A stretch of 56,342 bases of DNA, counting the filler, from Sphacelaria rigidula (Eukaryota), in NCBI GenBank assembly GCA_964200075.2. It is 5 parts of 5 records of this genome, joined end to end, with 100 filler letters (N's around TTAATTAATTAA, not from the genome) between each part and the next. Parts side by side here need not be neighbours in the genome. Positions count along the whole stretch, not along the records: positions 1 to 11,190 come from CAXNAA020005265.1; positions 11,291 to 22,479 come from CAXNAA020005266.1; 3 more parts are not named here. One strand, given 5' to 3'. Below are positions 1 to 11,750 of this stretch, piece by piece. Every line of letters begins with the position of its first letter. The first letter of the stretch is position 1. A program made the translations under genes and the position numbers. The notes below the pieces were generated by a model, which searched no databases, was not told where the DNA came from, and worked only from the letters and a program-made list of their open reading frames with translations.

Positions 1-180
<180 letters not shown>

Positions 181-724
181 GTTGTTGTGGTGGCGTTGGC
201 CTCTGCAGCCCGAGTCGTGGTGTTTGTCAGAATGGTGAAAACTGCACCATTTGACAGACCTGTCCTGGTGGCTTGACTGCCCATTAGAACGGCAGTCACG
301 GGCGTGGTGACCTCTTCTTCCGCACGAGAAGCATTTTCCGCGAAATTTTGCTTGTTTATTCGAGGAGTTCGACATTGCTGCCGCCAGCATAAAGAATCAC
401 GGCCATGTGATCTGCTCGCGGTTACTTTCCTCGCCAGTCTATTGGCATACATGTTACGTAGGGTAGTTTCAATATCCCCGATGCTTAAGTCTGGGTCTCG
501 TTCTGCGTTATATTGCACTTGGTCGTACTCGCTGGTTAGACCCTCGGCTATGATATCAGTGAGTCTTTCGCCGGAGGTGGGCTCGCCAATGTGCACGAGC
601 TCGTCTCGGAGCTGGAATAGTTTTGCCAAAAAAACATCCGGGTCTTGTCCTGGTGACATAGTCATGGTGTCCAGCTGTCGCATCAGTATGCGGCGTCTTT
701 GCTAAGATGAATTTTGATACTTAG
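181..724 (-). mobile_element. Ty1/Copia gag remnant (degenerate)
   Basis: Minus-strand translation KYQNSS*QRRRILMRQLDTMTMSPGQDPDVFLAKLFQLRDELVHIGE...IIAEGLTSEYDQVQYNAERDPDLSIGDIETTLRNMY resembles Retrotran_gag_2. It is followed by a CCHC knuckle CFSCGRRGHHARDC and WCSFHHSDKHHDSGC. Contains a stop and a frameshift. Confidence 0.8.
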
Positions 725-1135
725 CAGAGGATTCTATAAAATGGGGTTCATCAATGAAATGAGGTTCGAGCTCAAAACAGTACGTTCTCCACGCTTTCAG
801 CGGTGGTGCCCGATGACTTTCTTGTCGGCCTAATGCCCCTCGATCGCGTAGATACTTCTTCAGCGCATTTTATCGACTCTGTGAGCATACAGCACTGTCC
901 GAAATCGCCATTTCTACTTATGTTTCAGGGGGGGTGATATCAGGGAAAACCGCAGTTTCGGTCAGCGCTGTAAGCTCACAGAGTCGGTAGAATGCGCTGA
1001 AAAAGTATCTACGCGATCGAGGGGCATTAGGCCGACAAGAAAGTCATGGGGCACCATCGCTGAAAGTGTGGAGAAATTACTGTTTTGGGCTCGAACCTCA
1101 TTTCATTGATGAACCTCATTTTATAGAATCCTCTG
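725..1135. repeat. Long inverted repeat (180-bp arms 725-904 and 956-1135, 51-nt loop); candidate hairpin RNA
   Basis: Manual alignment of the arms gives about 13 substitutions and no indels. Confidence 0.92.
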
Positions 1136-3361
1136 TTCAGTGGTGTTACCTAGTGTGCACCACTCAACAGGGAGTCCTGAAAAATGGAAGCGATCTCTCT
1201 TTATGGAAGCGAAAAAGCAATGATGCTCGGAATTGTGCAAAATGCTGTATGACCTTAGGCTGACGTAGAAGCGGCTAACATGCCCTACATTCAACAGCTC
1301 CAAAGGCACCAAGCAAATGGTTGCGACTCTCGTGACTTGCCGACAAGTTACTTCGGAGGGAAACAAATATTTTCAAACTTTCACCTCAAGCTCAACACTT
1401 CTTCAACGACCATAAATGAAAAAATGCACATGGAACATATCCAAGAGTCATCCTACGATAAGGGGGTGGGGGTTATTTGATCGCACGAAAAAAGAGGCTC
1501 AAAAGTGTGTCAGGCGACCTGCCACACTCGCGGTGCGCTTGTATTTGGTCAAAAACGGTGTCAATCGGTATGAACGAGCGTTAATTATCTGTAATTTCAC
1601 GCAGAGTACTTTTTTATATTTTGGGTCAGAGGGGTAAAAAAGTCCAGGCCCGAACATGAATCGCTCTAGACCAGAGACAAACAACACGTAGTTCATTATC
1701 AACATGGTACCACAAACTTTGTGCTCGGTTTTTCAGTCTTTTGAGGGCCTCCAGTCTCCTCGACGGTGCCTTGGAGGGGTACCACTTCGTACAATCCCGA
1801 GCGCAATATATACATTGATCGTTCCCATAACAAAAAATCGTTTCCATTCTTCAGGATCCCCTGTTACTCGCCAAGCACCACCACGCGCCCGTCCGATGAA
1901 TGAACATCGCTCAGCGAAAAATTACGCACATACACCCGACTTAGCTCAAAACCAGGCAGGGATTCTCCTGGACTCATTCGTCTACAAGCTCGACATTTTC
2001 CTGTTCACGTACATGGGGGCGCTGGGTAACTTAGACCACATTAGCTCACAAGTCCAATCGGTCACACCACTGGTCACATCACGCGCCCCAGGGGAGGGGA
2101 GAGGGGGGCGGTCGCAGTCACATGGATATTACCTTGGCTCGCACGTTGTATTGCAGCCGCGTGTGGACGCCATCTATTGGGGGTAGATTGAGCGAAACAA
2201 CGCTGGCCGCCAGCTGCAAACATCCGTGGGGTTAGTCAGAGCACCACGCTCCTTCAATGCATGGAGTGCGGAAGTAGAACCACATGAAAATGAATACATA
2301 TATACATGATGAAATGAAGACGTGGCAGCCCTCAATTCTGAACTTCGCCTTGCCTACCGTTCGTGTAGTGGGCTGCCCGTACTCTTGAAACCACTGGCTT
2401 TTAACGTATGCACCCGCGCGGTCTAGCCTCCCCGTCCACTTGAGCCACGCCATTTGAAATCAACTCCCAGGTGTAACTTTCTTTTCTATCTACAGGTTCT
2501 TCGTGAATCATCGCAGCTCACTGGACCTTCTATTCCCCTCCCTTCCCCAAAACAAACTCCATCAGAAAATTCGGAGCAAAGCCTTCCGTCACACCGTTAC
2601 ACATGCGCAGCGTCTAATCCTACCCGAAAGCCCCGGAGCACATATTTACTTCACATTCGTCAAAAAGGCTGTGTTCCGCTCGATCGCCTCCGGTCTCGAG
2701 GAGCTAACGCACACTCTAATCTTCGATACCGCTCTTTTCTCCGCTCTTCTACGACTTTCCACAGGTTTGTTGGCAACTCAACCTCCCATCGGCGTCCCCG
2801 ACCTTTGACATATTTGTTGGCAAATCAATCTTAGTTTCACGGGGTACAAAATCCATCGCGTGGCGTCATCCAGGCTCAAAATTCAATACGCTCCAAAGAC
2901 TCGTGGATGACGGCAGCTGTCGACTAGGGGACATTGGCCAGTCAGATCTGCTGCATTTGTTTTCCCGGCATGTCAGAAAACTGCGTGCCGCTTGGGTCCT
3001 TCCGTCTTTAGTAGAACCACGGAACAAATTTAGCGACGGCTTTGCGATAGGCCTCGTATTCCTGGCCATGCCTTTCCACCAGCATCTGTTCTTCCACTTC
3101 TGCCTTTCGGTCGAACAATAACCTATCATTGGCAAGGGAGTGGAGGGCAAGGCGTTGGTACAAGCATGATACACGGACGTAACATAAGTCGGATGCGTGG
3201 CGAAGCTACGAACCACTTTCGCATGGAGCGGGACAAAGTTTGGTTGATCCGGCGTATTCTAGGGAATTTTCTTGACTACATAAAACCTTCGATATCCGAC
3301 TTGCCCAGAATCATTGGTTGGTTGATGGTCGCACACGGTTAAGTGCATGTTTTATACTCAC

Positions 3362-3437
3362 GCGAGCACGACGCCAAGCACCATTCGAACGGGCGAATCT
3401 GTCAGCACCCCCAAGCCGAATGTGGCCATGATGAGAC
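3362..3437 (-). CDS. Exon of PEMT/ICMT-family (isoprenylcysteine/phospholipid methyltransferase-like) gene
   Basis: ctag|GT CTC ATC...CTC GC|gtgagt encodes (G)LIMATFGLGVLTDSPVRMVLGVVLA, phase-compatible with the upstream RHPQYTG exon. Confidence 0.8.
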
Positions 3438-4466
3438 CTAGTTGCACCGGTAGGCGAACCGCGATAATCGCAACACACGCGAGGATCGGGGCAACGGTGA
3501 TCGTAAGGCGAAGAAATAAAAGCACGGCCAGAGAAAGTATGTCTCGCCACTACCTAGTATTAGCTTCAGTGCTCAAAATAACATAATAAAAATATCAACA
3601 TGAACAGTTATATTTGCTAATTGCACGCACAATGGTAGTGGACTCCGTGTACGAGCACGTACGGTGTACTCGGATTCCTAGAGGCGACGGACGACCCGCA
3701 CCTCGCGACACCAAAGCAGCCATCGGACGAACGAAGCTTATGGTACTTTTCACTGAATGGTACACGAAAACGCAAATGGTGTCTACTTCACCGGAGGGAT
3801 CGACAAAAAACCGTCCGCGCTCTTTCGCTTTGAGATGCTCAAATCACCCATACAGTGGGAGTTCCAGCATAGTGCGGTGGGTCGCCAGCCTGGCATTACC
3901 GCACTAGCTGGGACCCCCCAATATGCTGGTGTGGTGCAATTGCTCAACATCAGTACAGCGGATCGGACTTGGGACAGGTGGTTTTGATCGCGCATTAGTA
4001 ACCGCCGCTGCCCGGCGGTGTAATGGTACAATTGAACCGATTAGGTCGGATAAACACGAGGGTTCGGTTCCCGTCAGATACGTCTCCTTTCGGATTTTTG
4101 TGACTATTACAGTATCTGATTTGCGTCGTTGAAAGCATACCATGACGTGAGTAGTTAAAGAGTGGCTGACTTTGGTATACGACAGTCAATACGGCGCGGG
4201 AGTGCTGATGTTCATTATCCAGTCCGCGACACCTAAATGTTAGGCGTGTACCGCGTGAGAGATAGATACCTTATCTCCTTGAGACCATGGCCCAGTCTCG
4301 AGGAAGGGGAGGGGTTAGACGTGAGACAAGAACAAAGATAGTGGCGGGGAAAAAAATGCACTGTGGAGGGACCCCTTCTGTAACAATGCGCACGGCCTGT
4401 CTCATTTACAGCTAACACACCCACCCACGAGTGGCAAACGCAAGTGATCGCCCGACGTTCACCCAC

Positions 4467-4686
4467 CTGTGTATTGCGGATGCCTGATAAATTCGTATAT
4501 CCCGGTAGTGTTAAGTTTGTTGTCGGAGACTGGAGCGGGCCACGGTGTCAAGCTCTTGCCCAAGGCTATCGCACCGGACAAAGCGATGGCAACACCACCC
4601 GCCAGGAGGCCTGGTCCTGCCAGCGCCATCACCAACCCGCCCACAACAGGTATCGTGCCGAGGGCCACACATAACAGAATCGCCGC
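4467..4686 (-). CDS. Exon of PEMT/ICMT-family methyltransferase
   Basis: atcag|...|gtgggt boundaries. Encodes AAILLCVALGTIPVVGG...ALGKSLTPWPAPVSDNKLNTTGIYEFIRHPQYTG, the family motif L-x-T-x-G-x-Y-x-x-x-R-H-P-x-Y. Confidence 0.88.
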
Positions 4687-5288
4687 CTGATATATCCGTT
4701 TTGCGGCAGGGGAAAAAGTCTGAGATCCTGACGAGAGTTGGTTCGAACGGCGATCACATTTGCTGTTCGTACTACTACTCGTATCGTCATGGAAAGCTTG
4801 AGATGTGACAACATACATGGAAACTGTCAACGCCCGATACGAGTTCTACAACACGCAAAGAAAAGGGCTTGCATTTTTTTCAGCCATCCACCTCACTGAA
4901 ACGCAAAAACATCAGACAAACCGGCCGAGCGTAGCTCGTGCCATCACGGACCCCTGACCCATGTCCATATGCAATACTCGTACTGTAATCTCCATCCCCG
5001 TTCAAGCCAGCCGCGGCCGAAACGTAGCCAGTATGGACTGCAATGAATCTGGTCGATACGACACAGATGCGATTTTAGCTATGACGACAACAATGTAGCA
5101 AGTTTTACCAAATGAGAAACGTTGAGCGTTTGAACGTAAGGGCGGGTCATCTGTTGAAGCGGCACTATTCTCACTTCCGAAATGACGGCCAAATCCAGAT
5201 GACCCACCCGGGTGGTCAAAGGGTAAGCGCGTGCCAACTGCAGTATATTATGTGTGTGTGTGTGTCGAACTCGGGCAAACGTTTTCAC

Positions 5289-5536
5289 CTGCGCCACGGC
5301 CCACTCTTCACCCCGCTCGCCCACGTTGCCCTCGGCAATATTGTCTTGGATCTGTTTTTGATAAGGTGCCAGGAATTCCTTAGCACGTCGGACGGTTATT
5401 CCGAGCTCGCCCAAGTCCAAGGAGGGCTCGAGAGGTGCAAGAGTGGCTTCGGGGGCCGCGTTCCTGCTAGAACTGCTGCTGCTAGTGCTGGTGGTCGGCG
5501 CCGGCTCTGACACAACCACATCTACAGCTGGGTCCC
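5289..5536 (-). CDS. Upstream exon of the same methyltransferase gene
   Basis: ttttgcag|...GCGCAG|gtgaaa. Ends ...DNIAEGNVGERGEEWAVAQ, the G-x-R-G-E-x-W-x-x-x-Q motif I associate with plant/algal members; in phase with the next exon. Start and stop exons not identified. Confidence 0.8.
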
Positions 5537-5668
5537 CTGCAAAATCAATGGGGACACAATGGGGACACAAGGCGAAGACATCGATAACGATTAAAGCAAA
5601 GAGCTTCACTTCGTGGTTCCTTCATCCCCTCAGAAATATCTCTGTTTGCGGTATTTCTGTGAAGAGTG

Positions 5669-6057
5669 AAAAGGTGATTCCTTGACAAACGCTTGTGAGA
5701 ATTTGTCCCTTTTATGTAGTGATTTCCCCATCACCCCCGTCTTTCATGAACGTATTGGACGGTTTTGGAGAACTACCCTTTTACGCCGGCGAGCGGTTGG
5801 AATCTTGCCTTTCAATCAACACATCTCTCACGTGTGTGTTTCGTCATTCAACCAACAATCGCCGCGGGAGATTTCCCGTGAGTTTTGAATTCTACACCAG
5901 AGGGTACCCACCATTTTTTGGTTCCCACCATTTTGGTGGGATCCGGGATTTGAACCCGGGATCTTCTGTTCGTGAATCATACGAGCTATCTCACAGAAAG
6001 GTGATTCCTTGACAGGCACGTTTAGGAATTTGTCCCTTCTATGTGGTGATTGCCACA
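5669..6057 (-). repeat. tRNA-derived SINE-like head flanked by ~60-bp direct repeats
   Basis: AAAGGTGATTCCTTGACA...GAATTTGTCCCTT occurs at ~5669 and ~5997. The minus strand has a B-box-like GGGTTCAAATCCC at ~5945-5960. Confidence 0.5.
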
Positions 6058-6889
6058 CTTCCACGTTGTTCTCATCATGCTTCATGCCCGCTGCGTTTGC
6101 CGCACAGTAGGCGCACTTGCCTCGAACATTGAATGGGTCACTCCAACTGTTGACTAGTTCGTATTGGGCAAGTTTGCAAGTGTGGGTGAGAGAACCAGCA
6201 TTACTCTACGAGCTGGGTTAGTCGTAAAACGTGGAACCTCTGGGTACAAAGCAGCTTCTTCAGTTCCCCTAATCAGCCCGACGTAGGTATATCGCTGTGA
6301 ACTGCGGATCAACCTGGTTATGCACAGCTCCACCGCTGTTCGATTGGCGCAGTTTTGGCAATGACGTTATTGCACTGTATTGAGTACCGGATGCGTGTCA
6401 TTTCGCAGCGTGACAGCGTGTTTCGACTTCTTTCTTTTTATAGAACGCGGCGGAATTACGCATGACAAGTTCGACACGCACAGTCACGGGTGCACTGTGA
6501 TTGCTACGAAATGCCATCAAGCTCGTCAGCGGCTCCATCATGAGAGAGGACCTCGGAGTCCATTGTCACATACAACTGGGACTGGACTGCAACGTTTTTT
6601 CTCGATGCAATCCCCGATAGCGATTGTTTCGTTTCGCAGTTGGAAAAAACAAATGCTAACGGTGATTTTCGGCAACTGGGCCTCCAGGGAAGCGGGAAAG
6701 TGTTCTAGATAGGCCTTGAAGAAAAGCCCAACCCACACTGAGGCGAGAAAAAACAGTTTTGCTCATTTTGGGGGTAGAAACTGGTGCGAAAGTGCCAAAA
6801 TCACAATTTCCAACTGAAACAAGGAATGTTCTGTGTAAAAAATTGTCTCAACGAAGGAAAACCAGATGTTGCAAAAAACAAAAAGTCAT

Positions 6890-6952
6890 ATCGGGATTCG
6901 AACTCGTGACCTCCGTAATTGGGGTTTCTACAGCAGTTAGACCACCCGGGCG
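6890..6952 (-). repeat. tRNA-like (Pol III A/B box) SINE head
   Basis: Minus strand GCCCGGGTGGTCTAACTG...GAGTTCGAATCCCG; no complete cloverleaf. Confidence 0.45.
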
Positions 6953-7042
6953 CAGGCAGCGGTGCCACACAAAACGTTGCACACGCAGCCTTTTTTAAGG
7001 CGCTTTGAGCTGAAATTTTAAACGGATTTTCTGCGCAACAGA

Positions 7043-7344
7043 GATTACCAAATGGTCGGAAGCAACGGTCGTACCTTGATATTCGTGTGAGCACCGATAT
7101 TTGGATCTTCAGAGGGACTTGACAGTCCTAAGAGTTCCTAGCTCGTCCCGAACGTGTCTTTGACCAAAATCGGCGCCTGAGGCGGCGATTTGAGGTCTGC
7201 CAATACACACTTTGTCTAGGACACCCAACGCCCCCCCCGTGCCTGAGGGTTTTTCTATGCCTTGGTCGTCGTTAGCGTTAGGGTTAGGGCGCGGCACCTA
7301 CCTCATTTGTGGTACTCACCACTGTTTCCGACCATTTGGTAATC
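7043..7344. mobile_element. MITE with 19-bp TIRs and internal TTAGGG-like repeats
   Basis: GATTACCAAATGGTCGGAA ... TTCCGACCATTTGGTAATC; internal GTTAGCGTTAGGGTTAGGG at ~7271. Confidence 0.75.
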
Positions 7345-7479
7345 GGCTCTCCTTCTGCGCGCAAAATGGAAATTCGTGACTGAAGCTACCCCCACCTCTG
7401 TATTCTTCATGGAGTTATGACATCATCTCGTACTTATTGCTGGAATTTCAAATCGCTCGAACTGTTTGTATGTTTGTGT

Positions 7480-7554
7480 TGTGACGGTTTAAGATACTGA
7501 CAAGTCAGCGCTGACTGGTCAGTAGTCTACTTGGTTATCTCTTAAACCGTCACA
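7480..7554. mobile_element. 75-bp TG...CA mini inverted-repeat element with 6-bp TSD
   Basis: TGTGACGGTTTAAGA ... TCTTAAACCGTCACA (perfect 15-bp TIR), flanked by TTGTGT on both sides. Confidence 0.8.
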
Positions 7555-9259
7555 TTGTGTATGTGTGTTTTCTTGGTAGCTCGAGAAATATTTCGCAAAA
7601 ATATTGTGTCGAAATTTTGGCGCCTAAAAGGCCGCTCCTTGTGGCAAACAAGAAAAAAAAGTCCTGTGAAAGTGCGTTTTTGGTCCTCATCTGTCGTTTT
7701 ACGCCCTAGAATAGAGCTAGACGGAGTTTGACACCCTGGAATGACTTGCTCTACTCGTCTAGATGGTTCCGGGAATTTTTCGCGTTTTTCGGTGGTCGCA
7801 GTCATCCATTTTTCGCCAGACTCACATTTCTGTCCAAAAACGTCAATTTTTTAGCAAGAACTGCCAGTTCTCTCTGGTCTAGGTCCCCCATCCCCACCAA
7901 CAGGGGGCCTATGTAAACAACAAGGATGGCGGGATCTACTCCTGCCTCCGCGCGGGTTTCATATCGTTACCCGCTAGATTTGTAGTAGTGTGTTCTTGTT
8001 TTCAGAATCACTGCAGTATCGTGCATAATCATCCTTTCAAGCCACGCTGCGCACAAATTTCTTGGGGTCGCCGAAACTGCTGCGTCAACACCTACCTGCG
8101 GCTTCAGTCCACACATGTCAACTTTCAGTATCATCAGACGCCTCGTGTGCTGTGTTGGGGCGCCTCATCTCCAAAAATACCGCCTCGATATGATTGGAAA
8201 GGAATAACACTGGATTGTTACGTAAGTCGAAGGGGAAAAAATCGGGATGTCATGACTTCAGAACGATTGCCCCCGATTTTTTGCAAACATCGGGGGGAAA
8301 CTGAGGTCTCCTCGATTTTGAGAAGGTGACTTACGTACATTGACGTACGATGGTAGGGTAAGAGGCGTTTGATATTTTTGCAACCGCAGCAGAATACAGT
8401 CTCGTGACAGTGTAGGGCGCGCCTGCCCGCGCCAGCTGCTGGAGCAGCTTCGCAAGGGGTGTGACAAGCGGATAATAAGTGTTGACACCATACCCTGCGG
8501 CGATGGTAATAGTATATGCTGCACTGCGCTGCCATATTCATCACCGTAACGAACGGTGCTGTACTATCTCGCACACAGTTCTCGCAATACCGACTGTGCT
8601 ATCATGTATTACCACACGGCATTACCGTGTAGTGTAATGATAGAGTGTCCTGCACTTTATCACCCAGGGTACCAAGGTACGACCCTGTACTCGAAGAATT
8701 TTTCACTGCCTGCCTGCTCTTCGGCTTCACGAGTACGAGATACCACACTCATGCAGAAAATGATTGTCTGTGTATAGAACTATTTCACAAATCTGTGCGA
8801 CCACAATAAGACGGTCCCCACGGATCTGTGTTCCGCGAATATGAGTGCCCCCGACTTGTTCACAATCGGGGTCTCGACAGAATCGGGACTCGTTCCCACA
8901 AAAGTCGGCCTAAAGGAGCGGCGCACCGGCTCTTACTGCTCGCATTTGTTTGGGTTCGTATTTTCCACTTTATTTGACACGGTTTTTGAAATACTTGCCG
9001 ACACCGAATTTATTTTCCAGCCGTTTTTTGTGTTAATAGCCAAGCAAACCGGAAAGGTGGGCTAGATTCCTCTCGGTGGGGCGACGCAAAGTGTCCAAGA
9101 CATGTGATGTGTGATGGAGATATTCCTCGTTTCGCGGCCAAAAAGCGAATCAAATGTCGCAAAAGTGGAAAATACAACCCCCGAAAGGTACGATCCGTAA
9201 GAAACGGTCTAAGTCTTCAAAATAAGCTGGGCATCACCCGTCAACCAACAAACATTAAG

Positions 9260-10110
9260 GAGAGTTTCGGGGAGAAAAATCTGAATGCAGAGATAAGCGA
9301 AAAAAGTATGGATTGTTCACGCTTAAACCCCAACTTTGTTTTGATTTTCTTTTTCCAGGTAGGTGTGGACCATGGCCAACTTTTCAGGATTTAGTATTTC
9401 CTGTTCCGAATGCCACGTGGTCGGTGTCATGAGTTGAAGAGGTACAAGGCGCGCCGTGAACAACGTTTTCGTGAGATTGAGAGTAGAGAATACCGTTGAG
9501 GCCGTGTTTTAGAACATCATTTTTCGATCGAAAAAGTGCGGTGGAAAACAAAAATCTCGATGTGATAGGTCGCGATTTCAACCATCTTGAGAATAAACTA
9601 CCATAGTTAAAGTCACGACCTATCAGATAGGAGTTTTCGTTTTCCACCGCACATTTTTGATCGAAAAATACTGTGCAAAGACACGCCCTGAGAGTGAGAA
9701 GCAGTCAATTTATGTATGAATAGTTTCGGTTCCAAATGCCCCTCCTCGAGGTCCGGTATGCTTTCTGTAGTAGCCTGCCACTGAAGCCCTTGATATTCCC
9801 AGGTAGGATATGAACGTGTAGCTGTAAGCACACGCGAGTGTTACAGGCAAAGAAAAGCACACAGGACGAAAAATTGGTCAAGCTAAAGCGAATGATAGAA
9901 CCTGCTCTCAATCAACGCTCTACTCTCGATCTCACGGAAACATTGTTCGCGCTGTTCTGCGTTTGTAGTGTACTGTGCACCTACCCATGCGGTGCTACCC
10001 GTACAGCGCGGAAGAGCATGCGTACAGTTGTCTGTGCTATTCCCGTGCCGTGAAATACGCGACAGCAGTATCGTCAACACAGCCTCCGGGTACGAACCCG
10101 GCACAGTGCA
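9260..10110. repeat. Dispersed repeat (second copy inverted at ~45480-46045)
   Basis: Near-identical blocks such as GTTCCGAATGCCACGTGGTCGGTGTCATGAGTTGAAGAGGTACAAGG and CAGTATCGTCAACACAGCCTCC occur in both contigs. Confidence 0.85.
9459..9947. mobile_element. MITE with ~29-bp TIRs nested in the dispersed repeat
   Basis: AACAACGTTTTCGTGAGATTGAGAGTAGA ... TCTACTCTCGATCTCACGGAAACATTGTT; absent from the homologous copy at ~45850-45860. Confidence 0.82.
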
Positions 10111-10356
10111 CAGCTTTGGGCACACAGGCAGTGCACCTCGGCGCCCGCTAGTCGTTCATAAGTCCTGTACCTGTCTGTGTGTGGTACAGTACTACAATAG
10201 TACAAGTTGTGATAACTGTTGCACTCTCTGTTGACAGTTCTGTACTGTCGGTAGCGCGTAGTACAAGTGTACACATGCCTGTGTGCGTGCATGTGCATAC
10301 GTTGACCAAGTACGTTCATCCTCTGGAATATAAACCACGTAGTAATCCTAGCTGCG

Positions 10357-10623
10357 TGGAGGCGGACGGGGGAGCCGAGACACCTGTCGACCTGGCTGAA
10401 GATGAGGCTGCAGGGCGGAGGTCGGCCACTCATGCAGCCACCACGAGGACATCGTCAAAATGGCTTCCCAACAGTGGTGTACCCGCGCGAGCTAACGCAA
10501 GCTTGACATTAGGTGGCCATTTGGTGGATGTTCTCTTAGCCGCTGCATGAGTGGCCGACTTCCGCCCTTCCGCCTCATCTTCAGCCACGTCGACTGGTGT
10601 CTTGGCTCCCCAGTTTGCCTCCA
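10357..10623. repeat. Inverted repeat (~115-bp arms, ~37-nt loop); candidate miRNA-like precursor
   Basis: Arms 10357-10471 and 10509-10623 are about 82% complementary by eye, with perfect core GTCGGCCACTCATGCAGC. Confidence 0.85.
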
Positions 10624-11190
10624 AGTCTTCCTCGTGGTCTTGGATGATCCTCGTGAACGACCCGCCATCACCAGCGCTGTCGCGGACGTCCACGGCATGG
10701 GCTATCATCCCACGTACGATGTTTGTCCTCCGGCCGTGTTCGCTAACCTTGGTCGGTGTGGGGCAGGGTGTCCAGTTTCGTTCCCTAAAACTCCAAGTCG
10801 GGCACCAATGCTTCGGGTTCGTTTACAATTCAGGCATCACTATACTATTTTGAAATTAATCCAGAGTTGCCGGCGGCGTCTCTCCTCAGGGTTTCGTTTT
10901 CAGGGTTCAACTAGGGAGATTCGTCATATCCTGGCCTTAAATCCCAACTTCGTGAATTATCCCCGAGTTTTCCTGGCCCGCTTTTTTATCGAAACTCTCT
11001 AAAAACTTTTGCCTGGTCAAGCTCGTACGCCATGCACAGGAACATCAACAAGCATGCACCCACGTTGGCGCACATCACTGACCTTACCATGGAACTCCGC
11101 CAGGAATATACTACAGTTGTACTGAACGTCCTCCGTTCCCCGTCCTCCGACGAAGGCCATGACCGGTCTTGTCGGTACGGCGTGGGGAGG

Positions 11191-11290
11191 NNNNNNNNNN
11201 NNNNNNNNNNNNNNNNNNNNNNNNNNNNNNNNNNTTAATTAATTAANNNNNNNNNNNNNNNNNNNNNNNNNNNNNNNNNNNNNNNNNNNN
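11191..11290. other. Artificial contig linker
   Basis: N44-TTAATTAATTAA-N44, giving stops in all six frames. Confidence 0.98.
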
Positions 11291-11474
11291 GTGCAGCACG
11301 AAACCAGCTTTAACGGCAGTTATGATCATCGCCTCCGTGCACGTTGGTGGCCGGTTTTGGTGGGGGGCTATCTCGGCAGCAGTCCCACTTGTTTCGTCCA
11401 TTACTCGGAAAGGCACGCCAAACCTGTCGTTCAAATTCAAACCCTACTCTCAGCCGTATCTTGAACTCTCAATC

Positions 11475-11750
11475 TGTGACGGAAATACGCCGTACGTTGA
11501 GTTGGTAGTGATGATATGGATAATTACTAAAACAACGGAGATTCTGGAGGGACGGAGATTCTGGAGGGTTCTGGATCATGACCGGGGACATGGAGATGGT
11601 ATCTGCAGGTCTAGAAAGCTGGTGCTACTGGAAGGTCCCTCCTGAATAATGAGAATATTGTAAAGGGTGACAACTGAAACTGAGGCCAGTAAGACTGGGG
11701 AGTCCCTCAACAGCAGTGTTCCAACAGTGCTTCCACTGGCTGGCGTCACA
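11475..11750 (+). repeat. 5' LTR of Gypsy element 1
   Basis: TGTGACGG...GGCGTCACA; direct repeat of 16296-16564. Confidence 0.9.

Noticed and set aside
4007-4080. tRNA-like sequence with A/B-box motifs
   Set aside because: No acceptor stem or cloverleaf; at most a SINE head, not a tRNA gene.
8335-8494. Minus-strand AG/GT-bounded open segment (YGVNTYYPLVTPLAKLLQQLARAG...)
   Set aside because: Plausible exon, but no recognisable homology and it cannot be linked to a gene.
11235-11246. TTAATTAATTAA repeated at ~11.29-kb intervals as a biological repeat
   Set aside because: Embedded in N runs; artificial linker. No CRISPR-like array is present in the window.
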